Shown here: positions 1 through 7,307 of the stretch, piece after piece
How positions within the stretch are numbered: position 1 is the first letter of the stretch
Layout: each line of letters begins with the position of its first letter
Origin: a virus
Lineage: Duplodnaviria > Caudoviricetes
Reading direction: 5' to 3' (one strand)
IMG/VR virus record: IMGVR_UViG_3300012980_000010
Span: 1-40,819 of that record
DNA: 40,819 nt
Program-made: the position numbers and the translations under genes
Notes under the pieces: model-generated
The model's database searches: none
What the model was told of the DNA's origin: nothing
The model's input: the letters and a program-made list of their open reading frames with translations, nothing else

Positions 1-10
1 TACGCGCCTC

Positions 11-101
<91 letters not shown>

Positions 102-132
102 TATCCGCGCGGGTTTCCAGCCCGTTCCTATT

Positions 133-177
133 TCAAAAAACCCCGTTTTTCAAAAATGACGAACGGGGATTTTTTGA
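133..177. terminator. Inverted repeat, probable bidirectional terminator between tRNA and integrase
   Basis: TCAAAAAACCCCGTT (133-147) ... AACGGGGATTTTTTGA (162-177), with A/T tracts on both sides. Confidence 0.55.
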
Positions 178-183
178 CCAACT

Positions 184-1134
184 TCACGCTACTTTCTTCC
201 CGACTTTCAGAATTGCCGCTGCCAGGCTGCCGGTAGCCAGGTGCGCGTATCTTTTCGTGCTTCTGGGATCCTTGTGACCCAGAACGCCCCCAACTGTGTA
301 CAGATCCACCCCATGGTTGATCATTTCGCTTGCCGTCGAGTGGCGCAGATCGTGGAAGTGCAGGTGCCCTATTCCCATGGACCTGGTGGCTTCACGGAAC
401 GACTGCTGGATGGTGGCTTTGCAGACCTTGATGGGTGGAATGGCCCTGATTTTCGGGTGTACCGGGATGATCCTTGGGTTGCCATTCTTGGAGTCGTCAA
501 GGACGAAGTTATCTCCCACGCGCCTGGCGCGCAGGATCTCCGACAGGCGCATGCCTGAGTAAAAGGCGACGCGGACGGCCTGGCTGGCGGCAACATGGTC
601 ACACCTTCTGGCGATTCTCAGCATTTCGGCGCGCGTGATGTAGACCTGGCGCTCGTTCTTGACCTCCGGGATGGCCACGCGGGCCGCAGGATCGTTGTCG
701 CACATATCGTGATGCTTCCATCCCCACCGGCATGCTGCGGTCAGGTAGCGGATCCTGTTGCGGATGGTAGCGGGTGCCAGTCCTGGGCTTTTCAGGACGT
801 AGGCCTTGCAGACATCGGGCAGCTCGGTAATCGGTCGCCCCTGGTAAGCCCAGAAGATCAGCGCCAGCTCACGCTCGACATTCTTGCCGGTTTTCAGCTT
901 TGGGGTGCGCTCTTTGATATAAGCGTCAACGGCGTCCTCGATGGTGCGCTGGGGCTTTTCGACGCCTCGGGCGATTGCGTAGAGTCGGGCCGATTCTTGC
1001 CTGTCAAAGGTATCAGCCTGGGCTTGATTCCACGCCTTTGGAAGGTGTTTGCAAGCTCGGACGCGCCGGCCGCCAATGCGACGGTCGAACTCAAAGACGA
1101 AACAACCTTTTGTTTTGTCGCGGTAAATCGGCAT
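184..1134 (-). CDS. int: Tyrosine recombinase (phage integrase)
   Basis: Catalytic motifs SGMRLSEI (R), SKNG (K), HFHDLRHS (HxxR), LGHKD (H), TKRYAH (Y). Confidence 0.96.
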   Translation of the reverse strand: MPIYRDKTKGCFVFEFDRRIGGRRVRACKHLPKAWNQAQADTFDRQESARLYAIARGVEKPQRTIEDAVDAYIKERTPKLKTGKNVERELALIFWAYQGRPITELPDVCKAYVLKSPGLAPATIRNRIRYLTAACRWGWKHHDMCDNDPAARVAIPEVKNERQVYITRAEMLRIARRCDHVAASQAVRVAFYSGMRLSEILRARRVGDNFVLDDSKNGNPRIIPVHPKIRAIPPIKVCKATIQQSFREATRSMGIGHLHFHDLRHSTASEMINHGVDLYTVGGVLGHKDPRSTKRYAHLATGSLAAAILKVGKKVA

Positions 1135-1292
1135 GTTTCCAGGTACTCCTCAATATCTGCCCGGTCGAACAGTATACGCCGCCCGATTTTGTGGCACGGA
1201 ATCGGCCCCTCTGGCGCTGCCAGGCTGTACATCATGCGCGCACTGACCCCCAGGGACTGGGCGGCCTTGGCGACGCTGATGAGTTCGGTCAC
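894..1292 (-). CDS. Excisionase-like HTH protein, overlapping the int 5' end
   Basis: GTG start after GAGG; LISVAKAAQSLGVSARMMYSL...IPCHKIGRRILFDRADIEEYL is an Xis/HTH_17-type pattern; lies upstream of int. Confidence 0.8.
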   Translation of the reverse strand: MTELISVAKAAQSLGVSARMMYSLAAPEGPIPCHKIGRRILFDRADIEEYLETCRFTATKQKVVSSLSSTVALAAGASELANTFQRRGIKPRLIPLTGKNRPDSTQSPEASKSPSAPSRTPLTLISKSAPQS

Positions 1293-1302
1293 TTTTGTTT
1301 CC

Positions 1303-1488
1303 TCACGCAAAATGCTTGTTGTAAATCCGGTTGATGATCTCAACCTGCTTCGATGACAGGCCGCGCACGTCCTTGCCGCCCTGGGTTCGGTCCATGCAGG
1401 ACTGGACGAATTCCTGCTCCCAGTCCGTCAAATCGTCCGTTCCGACCATGCCGCTGATCTGTTGAAGCATTTGGTTGAGGGATTTCAA
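1303..1488 (-). CDS. Small hypothetical phage protein
   Basis: 61-aa ORF with GGAG RBS and ATGA overlap with the upstream ORF. Confidence 0.65.
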   Translation of the reverse strand: MKSLNQMLQQISGMVGTDDLTDWEQEFVQSCMDRTQGGKDVRGLSSKQVEIINRIYNKHFA

Positions 1489-2753
1489 GTCGTTCTCCTA
1501 TGTAATTCCGGCTCGCCGAGCAAGGATGACAAATGCCAATCCAGCTTGGAGCGCCACGACGCCATTTCCTCCGCACCGCAAGCGGTCTGCTCGGTACTCG
1601 TCCATCCCGGTGGCCACCCCATCAACCAATCCACGAAGTTCGGGTTTAGCCGTTGCTGGGGCAACGTCTGGTCTGGTGGTGATAATGTCTGGCCATCTGT
1701 CATCGTTAGGTCCTGGCGCGAAAAGTGGAACATCACAAAGTTCGGAAGCTGGTCGATATGATGGATTCGTCCGTCCGTCCGTCCGTCCGTCCGCAATAAG
1801 TGTGCCATGCTGTTCTCGCCCTTCTGATCGCGGCTGGCTGGTGTTGGCCAGTTCGCTGCATCCCGGTTCAGATTGGTATTCTGAGTAGAACGTAAATCCG
1901 CCCCCGGCCTTCTCCCGTCGTGGGCGGTCGGACTGGCCCATACATGACGCACTTGCGATTCCAGCCCCACAGTCCGTTTCCCCGCTTCCGACTTGCCCTT
2001 GCTGGCCACCACTTCCGCTGAAACCGCTCGGCCGCCGTTCGGAACCATTGGCGTCATCCATTGCGCTGTTGCGCTCGGCAACATCAGATCGCCCGATGAC
2101 CCCCTTTGGTTCGGCCCTCCCTTGGTGTCGTCCGAGCCTCGACTCGTTGGCCACATCCCCACTGTTGTCCGCAAGTCTGGTGCTCCCGTCCCGTGCGCTC
2201 CGGACACGTTCATTTCCGAGGTCGTCATGGTAGGCCAAGATGAACACTCGCTCCCGCTGATGCGAGGCACCCACGTCTGACGCTCGTATGCTGTCCCATT
2301 CGACACGGAACCCGAGCGCGGCCAAGTCTGCAAGAACGGGAGCCAGTCCCCCAGAAGATCGGAGTCCCGCGACATTTTCCAGGTAGACGATTCCCGGTTG
2401 AACCACGCGAATGCAGTCGGCGATGGCTTGCCAAATCCAGCGTTCGTCGTCCGTTCCTTTGCGACTTCCGGCCACGGAGTGCGGTTGGCACGGGAATCCC
2501 GCGCAGAGGATGTCCACTGCGCCAGCAAATTGCTCCCATCGCACATCCTGAAGGTTTCCGGCCCAAACAGGAGCGCACTCCAGGGCCTCGCTTGCCATCC
2601 TCGCCAAGAGAACGGACGCAGCGTAGGCGTCCCGCTCGACGTAACCCAAAATGACAGGCTTTCTGCCAATAGCCCGGAGTCCTGCGCCAACCCCTTCGTC
2701 GAGCATTCCGACACCAGCGCAGAGGCTAAGGATCGTGGTATCAGCCATGTCAT
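1485..2753 (-). CDS. Overlapping-frame MTase beta-type polypeptide (WPTP-like repeats plus motif IX)
   Basis: 422-codon open frame overlapping the MTase; repeats WPTMTTSE, WPTSRGSD, WMTPMVPN, WASPTAHD, WPTPASRD; ends LNPNFVDWLMGWPPGWT (motif IX-like); coupled to both neighbouring genes. Confidence 0.75.
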   Translation of the reverse strand: MTWLIPRSLASALVSECSTKGLAQDSGLLAESLSFWVTSSGTPTLRPFSWRGWQARPWSALLFGPETFRMCDGSNLLAQWTSSARDSRANRTPWPEVAKERTTNAGFGKPSPTAFAWFNRESSTWKMSRDSDLLGDWLPFLQTWPRSGSVSNGTAYERQTWVPRISGSECSSWPTMTTSEMNVSGAHGTGAPDLRTTVGMWPTSRGSDDTKGGPNQRGSSGDLMLPSATAQWMTPMVPNGGRAVSAEVVASKGKSEAGKRTVGLESQVRHVWASPTAHDGRRPGADLRSTQNTNLNRDAANWPTPASRDQKGENSMAHLLRTDGRTDGRIHHIDQLPNFVMFHFSRQDLTMTDGQTLSPPDQTLPQQRLNPNFVDWLMGWPPGWTSTEQTACGAEEMASWRSKLDWHLSSLLGEPELHRRTT

Positions 2754-2757
2754 TCAA
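1498..2757 (-). CDS. C5 DNA cytosine methyltransferase, alpha-type polypeptide (motifs I-VIII and X)
   Basis: LSLCAGVGML (I), AGFPCQPHS (IV), YLENVAGL (VI), HQRERVFI (VIII), RLRCGGNGVV (X); start TTG 2757 or ATG 2748. Confidence 0.92.
   Translation of the reverse strand: MNDMADTTILSLCAGVGMLDEGVGAGLRAIGRKPVILGYVERDAYAASVLLARMASEALECAPVWAGNLQDVRWEQFAGAVDILCAGFPCQPHSVAGSRKGTDDERWIWQAIADCIRVVQPGIVYLENVAGLRSSGGLAPVLADLAALGFRVEWDSIRASDVGASHQRERVFILAYHDDLGNERVRSARDGSTRLADNSGDVANESRLGRHQGRAEPKGVIGRSDVAERNSAMDDANGSERRPSGFSGSGGQQGQVGSGETDCGAGIASASCMGQSDRPRREKAGGGFTFYSEYQSEPGCSELANTSQPRSEGREQHGTLIADGRTDGRTNPSYRPASELCDVPLFAPGPNDDRWPDIITTRPDVAPATAKPELRGLVDGVATGMDEYRADRLRCGGNGVVALQAGLAFVILARRAGIT
1768..1793. 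repeat. (CGTC)6CG tetranucleotide microsatellite inside both MTase frames
   Basis: cgtccgtccgtccgtccgtccgtccg read directly. Confidence 0.95.
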
Positions 2758-3017
2758 GCCAATCCCCTGTATTCCCGCTGATAATCCAAAATCCGTTCCC
2801 TGTTCTTGAAGTGGTACGCCTTTTGACGCGTGAGCAATTTTTCACGGTTCTGTGCGTAATACTGCTTTTTGTAGGCCCGAATTCTGCGGCTGTAAGCCTC
2901 TCGGATCGCCTTGTTGCAGCAATCCTTGCAACTCGCGCACAGGCCATCTTTGGATGCGCGGCGCTTGTAAAACGCAGACAGCGGTTTAATGGTGTCGCAG
3001 GATGAGCATTCCTTCAT
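2754..3017 (-). CDS. Basic CxxC...CxxC zinc-finger protein, resembling the N-terminal module of phage HNH/EndoVII proteins
   Basis: KECSSCDTIKPLSAFYK...CASCKDC followed by a YY/NRE-rich helix; no nuclease domain. Confidence 0.7.
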   Translation of the reverse strand: MKECSSCDTIKPLSAFYKRRASKDGLCASCKDCCNKAIREAYSRRIRAYKKQYYAQNREKLLTRQKAYHFKNRERILDYQREYRGLA

Positions 3018-3226
3018 GCCGACCTCCGATAGGTCTTTGTCAAATCTCCATTTATGACATGCCCGCGCCGGCGGAGTGCATTGGCCAAGATGGCGCGATC
3101 GTGGTGGCTGTGCTGTGCTTGCCGCAGCAGCCCGAAGTAGCTATTCCCGACCGACAGCAAATCCTCGGCTGGGGTGATGGCAATCCGGCGCACGGCCTCG
3201 TTGATCGTCCGGCGCCGGGGCCTCAT
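3014..3226 (-). pseudogene. Probable C-terminal remnant of a DGR reverse transcriptase
   Basis: RRRTINEAVRRI...GNSYFGLLRQAQHSHHDRAILAN...DLTKTYR resembles, from recall, the thumb region (SYxGxL) of phage DGR RTs; no YxDD core; lies downstream of a VR-bearing gene. Confidence 0.65.
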
Positions 3227-3678
3227 TTGACGGTCCTTTTTTTAAGGGTCTGGGTCAGGGCGCGCTCAACGCTCCATCCAAGGGCAATGCGCTGGCGCAA
3301 GGCGTTCGGCGTCATGCCGATCTCTCTGGCCCAGTCGGACAGAATCTGCGTTTTCCCGTTGTAGGCAAGTGGCACGCAATGGGACGGCTTGTTGCGGTTT
3401 TGGGCGGTCTTGGTGGCCCAGATGCAGTTTTCCGGGGTGTAGCCCAGTTCGCCATCTAGACGCTCAAGCGTCATGGTGTTGTCTGGACATTCGCCAATGT
3501 CGGCCAAAAACGTCTCGAAGGACTTGCGCCACGGCTCCCAGACTGTGATGCCGCGCGCGCCGTAATAGGGGTAGTTGGTGGCCTTGGGATTGCAGCAGCG
3601 CGAAATCATGGATTTCCAGCGCAGATAGGTAACGGTCTTGCTGTAGCCGTGCTTGATATTGCCCTTGAGGTTGCTCAT
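3223..3678 (-). CDS. HNH-like homing endonuclease family protein
   Basis: WKSMISRC...YGARGITV...TLERLD...YTPENCIWAT..QNRN plus a C-terminal HTH-like WAREIG motif; GGAG RBS; paralog of 7308-7919. Confidence 0.8.
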   Translation of the reverse strand: MSNLKGNIKHGYSKTVTYLRWKSMISRCCNPKATNYPYYGARGITVWEPWRKSFETFLADIGECPDNTMTLERLDGELGYTPENCIWATKTAQNRNKPSHCVPLAYNGKTQILSDWAREIGMTPNALRQRIALGWSVERALTQTLKKRTVK

Positions 3679-3980
3679 TGAATGCGCTCCAGTTCGTGTG
3701 TCGAACCGCTGCCCGCTGTCAAACGGGTGGGCGGAACCGAGCGGGTTGACAGACCGGAGGAGCTCCGGCGAGCCTTGCGGCTCCCCGCCCGGACCGCCCA
3801 TTGGGGCGCATCAAGGCATGAAAAAAGCCGCATTGCGAGTGCATGGCGGCTGTTGGCCGCTCCCTTCAGGCTGTCAAACCCGGTCGCTGAGTTGGCAGCG
3901 ACAGGTTCAGTGTGCCGAAACGCGGACAGAATGTCAACGCGGCAAATTGGAAGTGTTGGAAGTTTCGACATGAGCGCCAT
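3675..3980 (-). CDS. Ash-family-like ORF overlapping the C4 RNA (may be non-coding)
   Basis: VAANSATGFDSL...RLFSC...WAVRAGSRKARRS pattern typical of ORFs called over c4 cassettes. Confidence 0.4.
   Translation of the reverse strand: MALMSKLPTLPICRVDILSAFRHTEPVAANSATGFDSLKGAANSRHALAMRLFSCLDAPQWAVRAGSRKARRSSSGLSTRSVPPTRLTAGSGSTHELERIQ
3728..3800 (-). ncRNA. C4 (P1 c4 / P4 CI-type) antisense RNA
   Basis: Minus strand TGGGCGG-TCCGGGCGGG-GAGCC(GCAA)GGCTC-GCCGGA(GCTCC)TCCGGT-CTGTCAA-CCCGCTCGGTT-CCGCCCA folds as a multi-stem junction; unpaired GCTCC and CTGTCAA are complementary to GGAGC/TTGACAG pairs at 3859-3877 and 3686-3722. Confidence 0.85.
3909..3937 (-). promoter_or_regulatory. Putative sigma70 promoter of the c4 cassette
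   Basis: TTGACA-17 bp-CACACT on the minus strand, followed by hairpin GTCGCTG-CCAACT-CAGCGAC. Confidence 0.5.
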
Positions 3981-4006
3981 GCTGAATGAAAAATCAAATG
4001 GTTAAA

Positions 4007-4624
4007 TTACTGAATGACTAATTCTCTGCGGATGGCGCGGGCGCGCAGCTTGTCGTGCTTGAGGTAGTTGCCCTGGTAGCCGTCGTCGAAGTACTGACAC
4101 CAGGCGGTGTCGGAGTCGGCTGCGTGCTGCGTGGAGCTCCAGTACAGCGAGGTCTCAAAAGCCTGATCGCCACCTGACTTGAAAGCATCGACAGTCGTCT
4201 GGACTGGGAATTCCGGCGTATATGGCCGCGTCGGGATCTCGGCAGACAGATTGATGCCTGATCGTGCATAGCACCAGTTCTCGTCAGTCGTCGGCTTCAG
4301 GTGTCGGTAGGCCAGCTCCAGTTCGTCCTGGGATGGCAGATACCAGTCATCATGGCCACCGATGCGCAGGTCCAGCGCCCACATGGCCAGCTTGCTGCCA
4401 GCCGCTGCCATGGCTTTGGTATTGGCCAGCCCGTCATCGTAGGATTTGGCGTCCGGAACGTCCTTGTCTTTGGGAATCCAGATCGCGGGCTTGTGCTCGC
4501 CATCGGCCTTGGGCGCCACGATCAGGTTGCACAGGTTGCCATCGATGCGGATGCGTCCGGCGAAGGACCCTCCGCCAAAGGCCTCGCCGATTGCCGGGAC
4601 TGCTTGCTGCGTGTTTTGGTCCAT
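4007..4624 (-). CDS. DUF1566/Lcl-like C-type-lectin-fold protein, DGR target 1
   Basis: FGGGSFAG...IGGHDDWYLPSQDELE...YWSSTQ...AWCQYFDDGYQ...RARAIRR; C-terminal variable region. Confidence 0.88.
   Translation of the reverse strand: MDQNTQQAVPAIGEAFGGGSFAGRIRIDGNLCNLIVAPKADGEHKPAIWIPKDKDVPDAKSYDDGLANTKAMAAAGSKLAMWALDLRIGGHDDWYLPSQDELELAYRHLKPTTDENWCYARSGINLSAEIPTRPYTPEFPVQTTVDAFKSGGDQAFETSLYWSSTQHAADSDTAWCQYFDDGYQGNYLKHDKLRARAIRRELVIQ
4025..4126 (-). repeat. DGR variable region VR1
   Basis: 102-bp ungapped match to 8917-9018 and 10239-10340; differences concentrated at positions 1-2 of NNC codons. Confidence 0.88.
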
Positions 4625-4720
4625 CTTCGCCTCCTTGTTGTTGCGTCGTGAATTGGTGGGCTACTCCGCCGCCTTAACCCAGGGGGATGGGGCACCAGGC
4701 AGCGTTTCACCCATTGATCG

Positions 4721-5410
4721 TTATGCTGCTTTCCCGGTTGTTTCGCCCTGGCCGTTTTCCTCGTGCCAGGTGGCCCACCCATTGAGCCATTCCTTGACCA
4801 GCTCGGCGGCCATCCCTTGTGGGGTTTCGTGTTGCGTCTTGCCATCCATTGCGGCCTGATACCCGGCATCCCATGCTTCCTGGCGTTCCTCCGTGGTGTG
4901 TTTTGCCGCGTTCTGGTCGGTGATGGTGGTCGCTTCGCCATCAACCGTATCCCCCATGCCCTTACCGTCACCCTTGGGGTCGTACTCATTGCCCAGATTC
5001 ATGGCGCGTTGGTCTGATTCACCTTGAACCGCATCCATGCCACCCAGGTGGTCGCCGGCGTTGGCAACTACCACCAGCACAGCCTTACCGTTGGCGTCAT
5101 ACAGCTCATGCAGATTCGGTGCCACGGCGCTGAATTTCACCGTCGCTTTGACGCCATCCTTGATCGTGATTGCATCCAGATCGCCAACAACCACAGTGCG
5201 CCCCTGGCTGGCCAGTAGATGGACCGCCATGCGCACGTTGTCGCCGACACGGTTGCGTAGACGGTCAATGATGTCGTCCTGCTTCGCCTTGGGCAGCTTC
5301 GGCCATGCGTCAGGCAGCAATTTCAGCTCGGTGACCAATGCCGATAACAGGTCTTTGCCGATGGTGTCGGCGGTCATGTTCAGAATGGCTTTGGGATCTG
5401 GTGCGTTCAT
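4721..5410 (-). CDS. Conserved-looking phage early protein with C-terminal RMF-like motif
   Basis: AGGAG RBS; WPKLPKAKQDDIIDRL N-domain; C-terminal AWDAGYQAAMDGK...P...WLNGW. Confidence 0.7.
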   Translation of the reverse strand: MNAPDPKAILNMTADTIGKDLLSALVTELKLLPDAWPKLPKAKQDDIIDRLRNRVGDNVRMAVHLLASQGRTVVVGDLDAITIKDGVKATVKFSAVAPNLHELYDANGKAVLVVVANAGDHLGGMDAVQGESDQRAMNLGNEYDPKGDGKGMGDTVDGEATTITDQNAAKHTTEERQEAWDAGYQAAMDGKTQHETPQGMAAELVKEWLNGWATWHEENGQGETTGKAA

Positions 5411-5437
5411 AGATTTATGACTCCTTTGCACTAAGTG

Positions 5438-5677
5438 TTAATCGGCTAATTCGGGTGTTTCGACCTTCTCGAACCGGTGCGCGCCCTTGATGTGCTGGGC
5501 GTGGAACTTGCCCACAGATTCGGATTGCACCAGGGCGGCAAACTTCTCCGGCGGCACTTCGTGGTAGTGATACAAGCCGCCGTTTTTAAATTGCACGGCC
5601 AGGATGTTCTCGGCCGAATCGAAGCCAACGGCGGCGATCTGCGATGATTCAACGGGCTGCATGTCGATGGTTTTCAC
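5438..5677 (-). CDS. KTSC domain protein
   Basis: VESSQIAAVGFD...LAVQFKNGGLYHYHEVP...ESVGKF...IKG. Confidence 0.9.
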   Translation of the reverse strand: MKTIDMQPVESSQIAAVGFDSAENILAVQFKNGGLYHYHEVPPEKFAALVQSESVGKFHAQHIKGAHRFEKVETPELAD

Positions 5678-7305
5678 GCTGCTTTCCTCCCGGCTTCTGC
5701 CGTGAATTTCAGGAACTCAAGAATGACGGCGCGCGCCTTGGCTTCTTCGCCTTTTCCCCATTCGCGGCTTTTCAGGAAGCTGGCCACCAGGACCTGCGTC
5801 TCGTTGAGCGTGGTGGGAACAGGGATGGTGGCGCTCTCGTGGATCGCCGCATGCTGCGCAGGCGTAACGGCGACAACTGGCGGCAGACCGGTATTGGTCG
5901 GGTGATGAATCTCAGGCGCGGACGCCTTGGCTGCCGCTTCCTGCTCGGCCTTGACCTTCGCCTCTGCCTTGGCCGCTTCCTCCTGCCGGATGCGCTCGCG
6001 ATCGGCTTCAAGGCGCTTTTCTTCTGCGGCTTTGTGTTCCGAGATCCTGACTTTGATCAGCGTCACCAGGTCATCGTTGGCCTTAAGAACCAACTGAGCG
6101 GCATCAGCGAACAGGAAAGCATGGTCTGTGGCCAGTTCGCGCAGGCTGTTCAGGTTGTCCTGGATGCGGCCGCCGATTTCATTGGCCTCGATGGTCGCCC
6201 GAGCCAGTTCGGTGTCCACGGCGTTCTGGATGCTGGTGAGGGTTTTCAGGCCCTTGATGGCTCCTGCGAAATCGGCTGGGACGGCTGGCATGAAGGGCTT
6301 ACCCAGACGGTGATTGATCGCGGCTACGCGCTTGGCAAATTCATCCTTGCCTCCTTGAATGATGGCGTTGCGCCGGTTTTCCTTTTCTGCCTTGACCAGC
6401 TTCTCGACCACCAGCCGGTTCTGTCTGGCTAGATCGCGGTATAGGCCCACGGTGCGACGCATTTCGTCAATGCTTGCCGTCTGCGCCAGCGCGCTGGATT
6501 CAGCGGCGTCCAGGGCTTCCTCGGCGGTCTTGAGCGTCTTTACAGTCGCCTCAAGATCGGCAAAATCCTGATCGGTCTGCGGTGTCTTGTTGATACGCTC
6601 GACAAAGGCCTGCAGCTGGCTGCCGAACAGTGAGAGATTATCAATCAGCGTAATGCTGCCGCTGACCTGAATGGATAAGGCAGGGAGAGCCATCTGCGGT
6701 GCGGCTACGGCGGCAGGAATGACTTCGGGGGGCATGTAGGCGTCCAGATCGGAGTGAAACTGTATCCAGCCAGCCTCAATGCGGTGGATCCACGCCGGAT
6801 CTGGATAGACCCACATCCAGACCAAGTTCGCCGACGTCCCGTCCGAAACAACGAAAATCAGCCGTTCGGCGCCGGTGACATGCAACACCTGCTGGCACTG
6901 GGGTTGGTGTTCTTCTGGGAGTTCGCCGCGCTTTACCGATTCGGCCAGAGCTGCGGCCCACTGCTTATGCTCAAAGGCCGTATCTCCACCCATGGTGATG
7001 CCGTCGCACGATGCCGAAAGCCGTCCGTAGGAATAGGTCGCAGGGTAAAGCTGGTCCTCAATGATGGTTTCCACCAAAGGGCGCGCCAAGGCCTCGACCA
7101 CATGACCGTTGTCCAGGATTCGCTCCTGCACAAAGTCGCTGAATTCCCTGGCCACCCCGGTGTGCTTCTGGTGCAGGAGTTCGTTGCGGGTTACCTTTTT
7201 GGACAGGCCCAGCATTGCAGCAGCCTCGCTGGCGCCGTCGTGCTCAAGCCTGAACTGATGCCATTCCGGGCTTCCTTGCACCAGGTCGTGGATGATTCGT
7301 TCCAT
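5674..7305 (-). CDS. YqaJ-like (lambda-exonuclease family) recombination nuclease with long coiled-coil C-terminus
   Basis: QGSPEWHQFR...GASEAAAMLG...GHVVEALAR...SASCDG...FEHK...QCQQVL. Confidence 0.9.
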   Translation of the reverse strand: MERIIHDLVQGSPEWHQFRLEHDGASEAAAMLGLSKKVTRNELLHQKHTGVAREFSDFVQERILDNGHVVEALARPLVETIIEDQLYPATYSYGRLSASCDGITMGGDTAFEHKQWAAALAESVKRGELPEEHQPQCQQVLHVTGAERLIFVVSDGTSANLVWMWVYPDPAWIHRIEAGWIQFHSDLDAYMPPEVIPAAVAAPQMALPALSIQVSGSITLIDNLSLFGSQLQAFVERINKTPQTDQDFADLEATVKTLKTAEEALDAAESSALAQTASIDEMRRTVGLYRDLARQNRLVVEKLVKAEKENRRNAIIQGGKDEFAKRVAAINHRLGKPFMPAVPADFAGAIKGLKTLTSIQNAVDTELARATIEANEIGGRIQDNLNSLRELATDHAFLFADAAQLVLKANDDLVTLIKVRISEHKAAEEKRLEADRERIRQEEAAKAEAKVKAEQEAAAKASAPEIHHPTNTGLPPVVAVTPAQHAAIHESATIPVPTTLNETQVLVASFLKSREWGKGEEAKARAVILEFLKFTAEAGRKAA

Positions 7306-7307
7306 GG

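Noticed and set aside
3930-3980. MAL...LPI start of the 3675-3980 ORF as a remnant of the avd 5' end
   Set aside because: The position fits, but the resemblance is only a few residues and cannot be supported without an alignment
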